Origin: Phyllosticta citribraziliensis
Lineage: Eukaryota
Length of the DNA: 64,000 nucleotides
Assembly (NCBI RefSeq): GCF_038025025.1
Contig: NW_027117352.1
Coordinates: forward strand, 310,001 to 374,000
Direction of reading: 5' to 3'
The notes under the pieces: generated by a model
What the model was told of the DNA's origin: nothing
Databases searched by the model: none
Seen by the model: only the letters and a program-made list of their open reading frames with translations
In this document: positions 60,061-64,000 of the stretch, one piece after another
How the letters are laid out: the number at the start of each line of letters is the position of its first letter
Numbering within the stretch: the first letter of the stretch is position 1
Made by a program: the position numbers and the translations under genes

Positions 60061-61408
60061 GTTGTTCCTCGCGCCACTTTCCGGCCTCGAGCATGCCGAT
60101 TACCCACGTCCTTGCTGCTGACCAAGATTTGGGCTTAGTCTTTGAAGAGACGAGAACATTCCCTGGCCAGCTTGATTGCCGTCTAAACTAGGCATTACCT
60201 CGGATGGATTTCAAATTCAATCCGGTCACGATCGCTCGGCGGCCAGCCATCCCGCTGGCCTTGAAAATCTATCCCTAACTCTCGGATCTGGCAGAAGCAG
60301 CAAAAAATACTGCTGCCGCTCCGTCTGGCCCAGCAGCGCGATTCACGACTCTTCAGCTGCATTTCACACATTGCACCTTCATACCAATAAGCACTTGCCC
60401 ACTACATTGATTTAATCCCGGCCACCATCCCAAGGCCACTTCTACCATGCAACCGATCACTGGACGACTTACGGCTGCAGCCAATCTCGACGCATTCACG
60501 ACGTTGCAAAGCTGACCAGCTTTACCAATTCATTCGGGCCATCCATCATATTTAAACCTAGACAAACGGGCACCTTTGGATTAACCAAGAGACTGCCGAA
60601 TCAAATTGCCCGCGGCACCTTCTCGCCATCCCTCCACCTCATCTCCACTGTACATACAGCAGGCTCTGTGTTTCGATTCCCAGATCGGCCTTTTCAACCT
60701 TTACCTCGACCTCTACCTCCCTCCTCAACTCGGCTCAGCTCATCCCTTCTTCCTTCATCATCGGGCGGCGGTTTTCTTTGGTACCCCTGGCCTTTTCTTG
60801 CTAGAAACAGTTTACAGCTTCTTTCCCACGGGGCCCGCGTCTTGCGTCTTGCGTTTCTGCCCCAACTTCTTTTTTTTTCTTCTTCTTCTCAAAGGAACTC
60901 TGCCTTACCCTTTGGTAGTGCACCACGCCTTTCGTGGCGGCGGCTGCTGCTGCTGCTTCTTTTCTCTGCCTCGTGCGTGCGGCTCTCGTGCATGCATGCG
61001 TCAGGGCGGATCGGATCAGATGGGATGGGATCGTGCGTGCGGGTTCGGGCTTTTTACCTAGTCTATTATTTATCCCGACTCCTTTTTTGCCGGCGTTGCG
61101 TGCGGTTGCTTTGCTTCCTCCTTTCATCTTCCATCCTTTTTCTCTCATCCTTTTCTTCTTGCTGATTCATTACCTTTTTTACCTCTTTTATTCCTTTTCT
61201 TTTATTGTGCCTCTTCCTTCCTTCCTTCCCGTCTACCAGCCAGCCAGCCAGTCAGCCAATATGCGCGGCGCCTTCGTCGGACGTGTGGATGGACGGACGG
61301 ACGGACGGATGAATGGCGGGGTGGATAGGATGGCAGATGGAGCGGTGGATACGTGGGGCCACGGTGCCATATCCTCTCTTCCTTTCTCCTTTTAGATCGA
61401 GCACAGAC

Positions 61409-61434
61409 GGATGGATGGATGGATGGATGGATGG
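61409..61434. repeat. (GGAT)6 microsatellite within an SSR-rich intergenic region (about 60900-61720)
   Basis: Directly visible. Nearby are CCAG, GGAC, GGTCA and TGCA short repeats. Confidence 0.9.
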
Positions 61435-62348
61435 GTCGATGGGTGAACGTCGTCGTCTTTGTCGACGAAGCAAGCGGGCGAGAGAGCGTGGTGCGTGGGC
61501 GCAAAGGACGGGAAGCACAGCAGCAGCGCGGCAACAGTACAGACGTACAGACGTACGTGGAGTAGTTCCAGTATCTCTCTACCTGCCTACATGATGGGTA
61601 GGGGGTTTACGTGGGTGGGCAAGCAGCCGTTAGGTCGTCAGGTCAGGTCAGGTCAGGTCGTTAGGTCGTTGAAAGATACCCGCAATCGATGAATGATGCA
61701 TGCATGCATGGATGGTTGAACATACGTGTCTACATGTGAAATGTAAAGGACATAAAAATGATGATGCTTTGAAAATTCGATTTTTGGCCCTTCCTTGGGT
61801 AATTCCGACTCCACACTTCAATCTTGACGACCCTCGAACTATTTAATCCGCACTCAACAATCTGACCCCACACTCCCACCCATTTTACCTCTACCGTTAA
61901 TACCACCACTACTACTACTATCGTCCCATCATCCCATCATCCCGCTTGTATACACACGTATATAGATAAACATGACTTTCTCATCCCCCCTCACCCATGC
62001 TCTCTAACCAACAACTTAAAAAGGCGCTTTCCAGACGTATATAGAAAAAATGGGTTCGTTGTTCTCCCATGCTCGCAGGAGCTGCGGCAGAGAGGTCGAG
62101 ATCAATATTTCGCGTGCGCGGCGGCTGAAGAATATTTTGGAGATTCGCTGGGGTGTGGAGGAAGTCAATGCTGGAGACACCACTAGCCATCCGGAACGAT
62201 TTTATGAAGATGATTCTATCTCTCTATGCCCCTTTCACATGTAGTTCGCCGCGTCTATGTCGTCTACACCGGCCACATCCCCATCCCATCTGTTCTGTCT
62301 CCGTCTCCAACTCTACCACACCACACAACCACCTCCTTACTCACTTAC

Positions 62349-64000
62349 TTACTTCCCCTGCCACGTGATGCCCAACTCGACACTGCCGCCATCCGTCCAC
62401 ACAGTAACCTTCGTCGTGCCCTTGGGCACCTGGTTCGCATAGAACGTCGTGATGCCGTCGAAAGCCAGCTTGCCGTCGACGGCGGTGAAGATGGTCGGGT
62501 CGTTGATGCCCGAGCCGCACATGAGTTCGCTGTCCATGGTGACGGCGCAGTCGCCGCGGCTGCTGCGCAGCGTGAAGCCGCCGTCGGTGCCGGCGGATGT
62601 GGCCGTGAAGGTGGCGCAGGTGCCGCTGGCGTACCATGTGCCGCCGCTGACTGGAGGGGGCGGGGTGGTTAGTAGATGGGTGGTTGATGGATGTTGTGGT
62701 TGTGGGGGTGGGGAGGAGCTGTGGAGGTGCAGCATGCAAGCAAGCAAGCAGGTCAGCACTCACTGATGCAACCATCAACGCCGCCCTCGTACTCCACATT
62801 CAAAAAGCCCTTGCCGCTAAAACTGCCCGTGCTGGTCGGCAGCGCCGTCGTCGTCGTCGCCGTCCGCGTATACCTCCCCGTCGTCGTGGGCGAGGCGCCG
62901 CCGCGCTTGGGCACGTAGCGGACGGAGCTGGGGCAGTTGGAGGAGGCGGACACGTCGATGGGCACGAACTGCCCGGCCTGCAGCGACCCGCGCACTTCGA
63001 AGCCGTAGTATACCTGGTAGAAGGTTTTGCGGCCGCTGCCTTCGCAGAGGAGCGCCACGCCCGAGCCGTGCTGCGCTTTGAGGGCTGCTTGGATCGCGGA
63101 TGTGCTGTAGGTTGCGCTGGTCGAGGGCGTGATGCCGGCTGCCGCGAGCCACTGCGATGTGTTAGAGATGGTAGGATGAGCGTGTGGCCAGCCCATCGGC
63201 TTGACACAGATTGAGGAAGGCGACTGACCTCGTATGTCGGCCGCTCCTTGAATAGAGAGACGCTCCTGTTAAAGAAGTCGCGGACTTCTTGCGTGCTGCT
63301 TTGCATGAGCTCGCTTTCCCACACCAACAGGCTCGGGGAATACCTTTGGTAGTCGTCATAGCAGGTAGGCTTCAGCGTAGACACGCAAGTCCCATGTTTT
63401 GCTATTCCCTAGATCAGTCCCCAATTTGTCCAGGTGTTTGGCTGTTGCTTACACCACTCGTGCTCCCAAAAGCTCTCGTCCGACTCGGAGTTGCTCTTCC
63501 AATACGTCGACATGTACGACACGAGCTCGGACTCGCCGAAATGGTTCAAGATGGCGGTAATGTTCCTGTACGCACGCGTGTGGTCGCAGTTGGAATCGTA
63601 CGAATGTCCATCGCAGTGGTCCGGCCTATATGGAAGCAGCTGTCAGCCACCAAACCGACACCCATTCCGCGACTCTACAGCTACAGCCGACTTACCAGAG
63701 GCCATGGATGGTCCAGCTTCAGCTAGTTCAGTCTTCAGCAAGCAAAGAGGGTCCGGCAGGGCACCTACGAATCACTCCAGGCACGTTAGCACTCGACCAG
63801 CCACAAGCTTCGGGCGTGGGCCACGTACGACGGACCGACGACCGGATTCGTGTCCCAAAACGACGTGAGCAGGAACTGGCCGCCCGGGTAGTTGAAGCAG
63901 CAGAGGTTCTCCACCACGCTGCTGTTGTGGCAGCTCAGCTGCGGACTCGTGCACGCCTGAGCGGTGCCGGCGTGGACGGGCGCCGGGTTCCCCAGCAACA
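62349..64000 (-). CDS. Ribonuclease T2 with fungal C-terminal extension; 5' end lies beyond the window
   Basis: LSC......CCFNYPGGQFL.T.FWD, CAS I SWTIHGLWPDHCDG and CAS II FWEHEWSKHGTC.STLKP.CY, then a Thr-rich linker and the GCIS..GTWYASGTCATF C-terminal domain. About seven introns. Confidence 0.95.

Noticed and set aside
63717..63828. Stwintron (nested intron) interpretation of the RNase T2 double intron
   Set aside because: Removing the first intron does not rebuild a valid split donor, whereas the 6-nt microexon restores the conserved residues.

Overview
This is eukaryotic genomic DNA from a filamentous ascomycete. Short GT-AG introns with CTRAC branch sites, GC3-rich exons and SSR-rich intergenic DNA support this; a Dothideomycete is likely but is inference only. 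I can model about 25 protein-coding loci by hand: PDAP1-like, HAD type II, YqfO/NIF3-like, HSP12, FIG1, two low-complexity orphans, two tandem BTB proteins, DHH1, a rhomboid protease, a UCH, POM152, three RBR E3 ligases plus a detached copy of their C-terminal Cys-rich module, an ELYS-domain protein, a DUF3431 protein, RPS26, a CBS-PB1 protein, an NCS1 permease, a P450, importin beta-3, a VanZ-like protein, SPT7 and an RNase T2 cut by the window edge. I recognised no tRNA, rRNA, transposon or CRISPR array. Three leads stand out. (1) In an RBR-ligase island between POM152 and ELYS, one RBR gene has an in-frame TAG directly in front of an otherwise intact 47-aa Cys-rich tail, and a separate convergent reading frame encodes a homologous tail without any RBR core. 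(2) An NCS1 permease and an atypical P450 are divergently arranged around a GATA-dense promoter, possibly an undescribed nitrogen-regulated uptake-and-oxidise module. (3) The RNase T2 active-site region needs a 6-nt microexon with a GAG acceptor. All gene models are manual, with no database search or RNA evidence.
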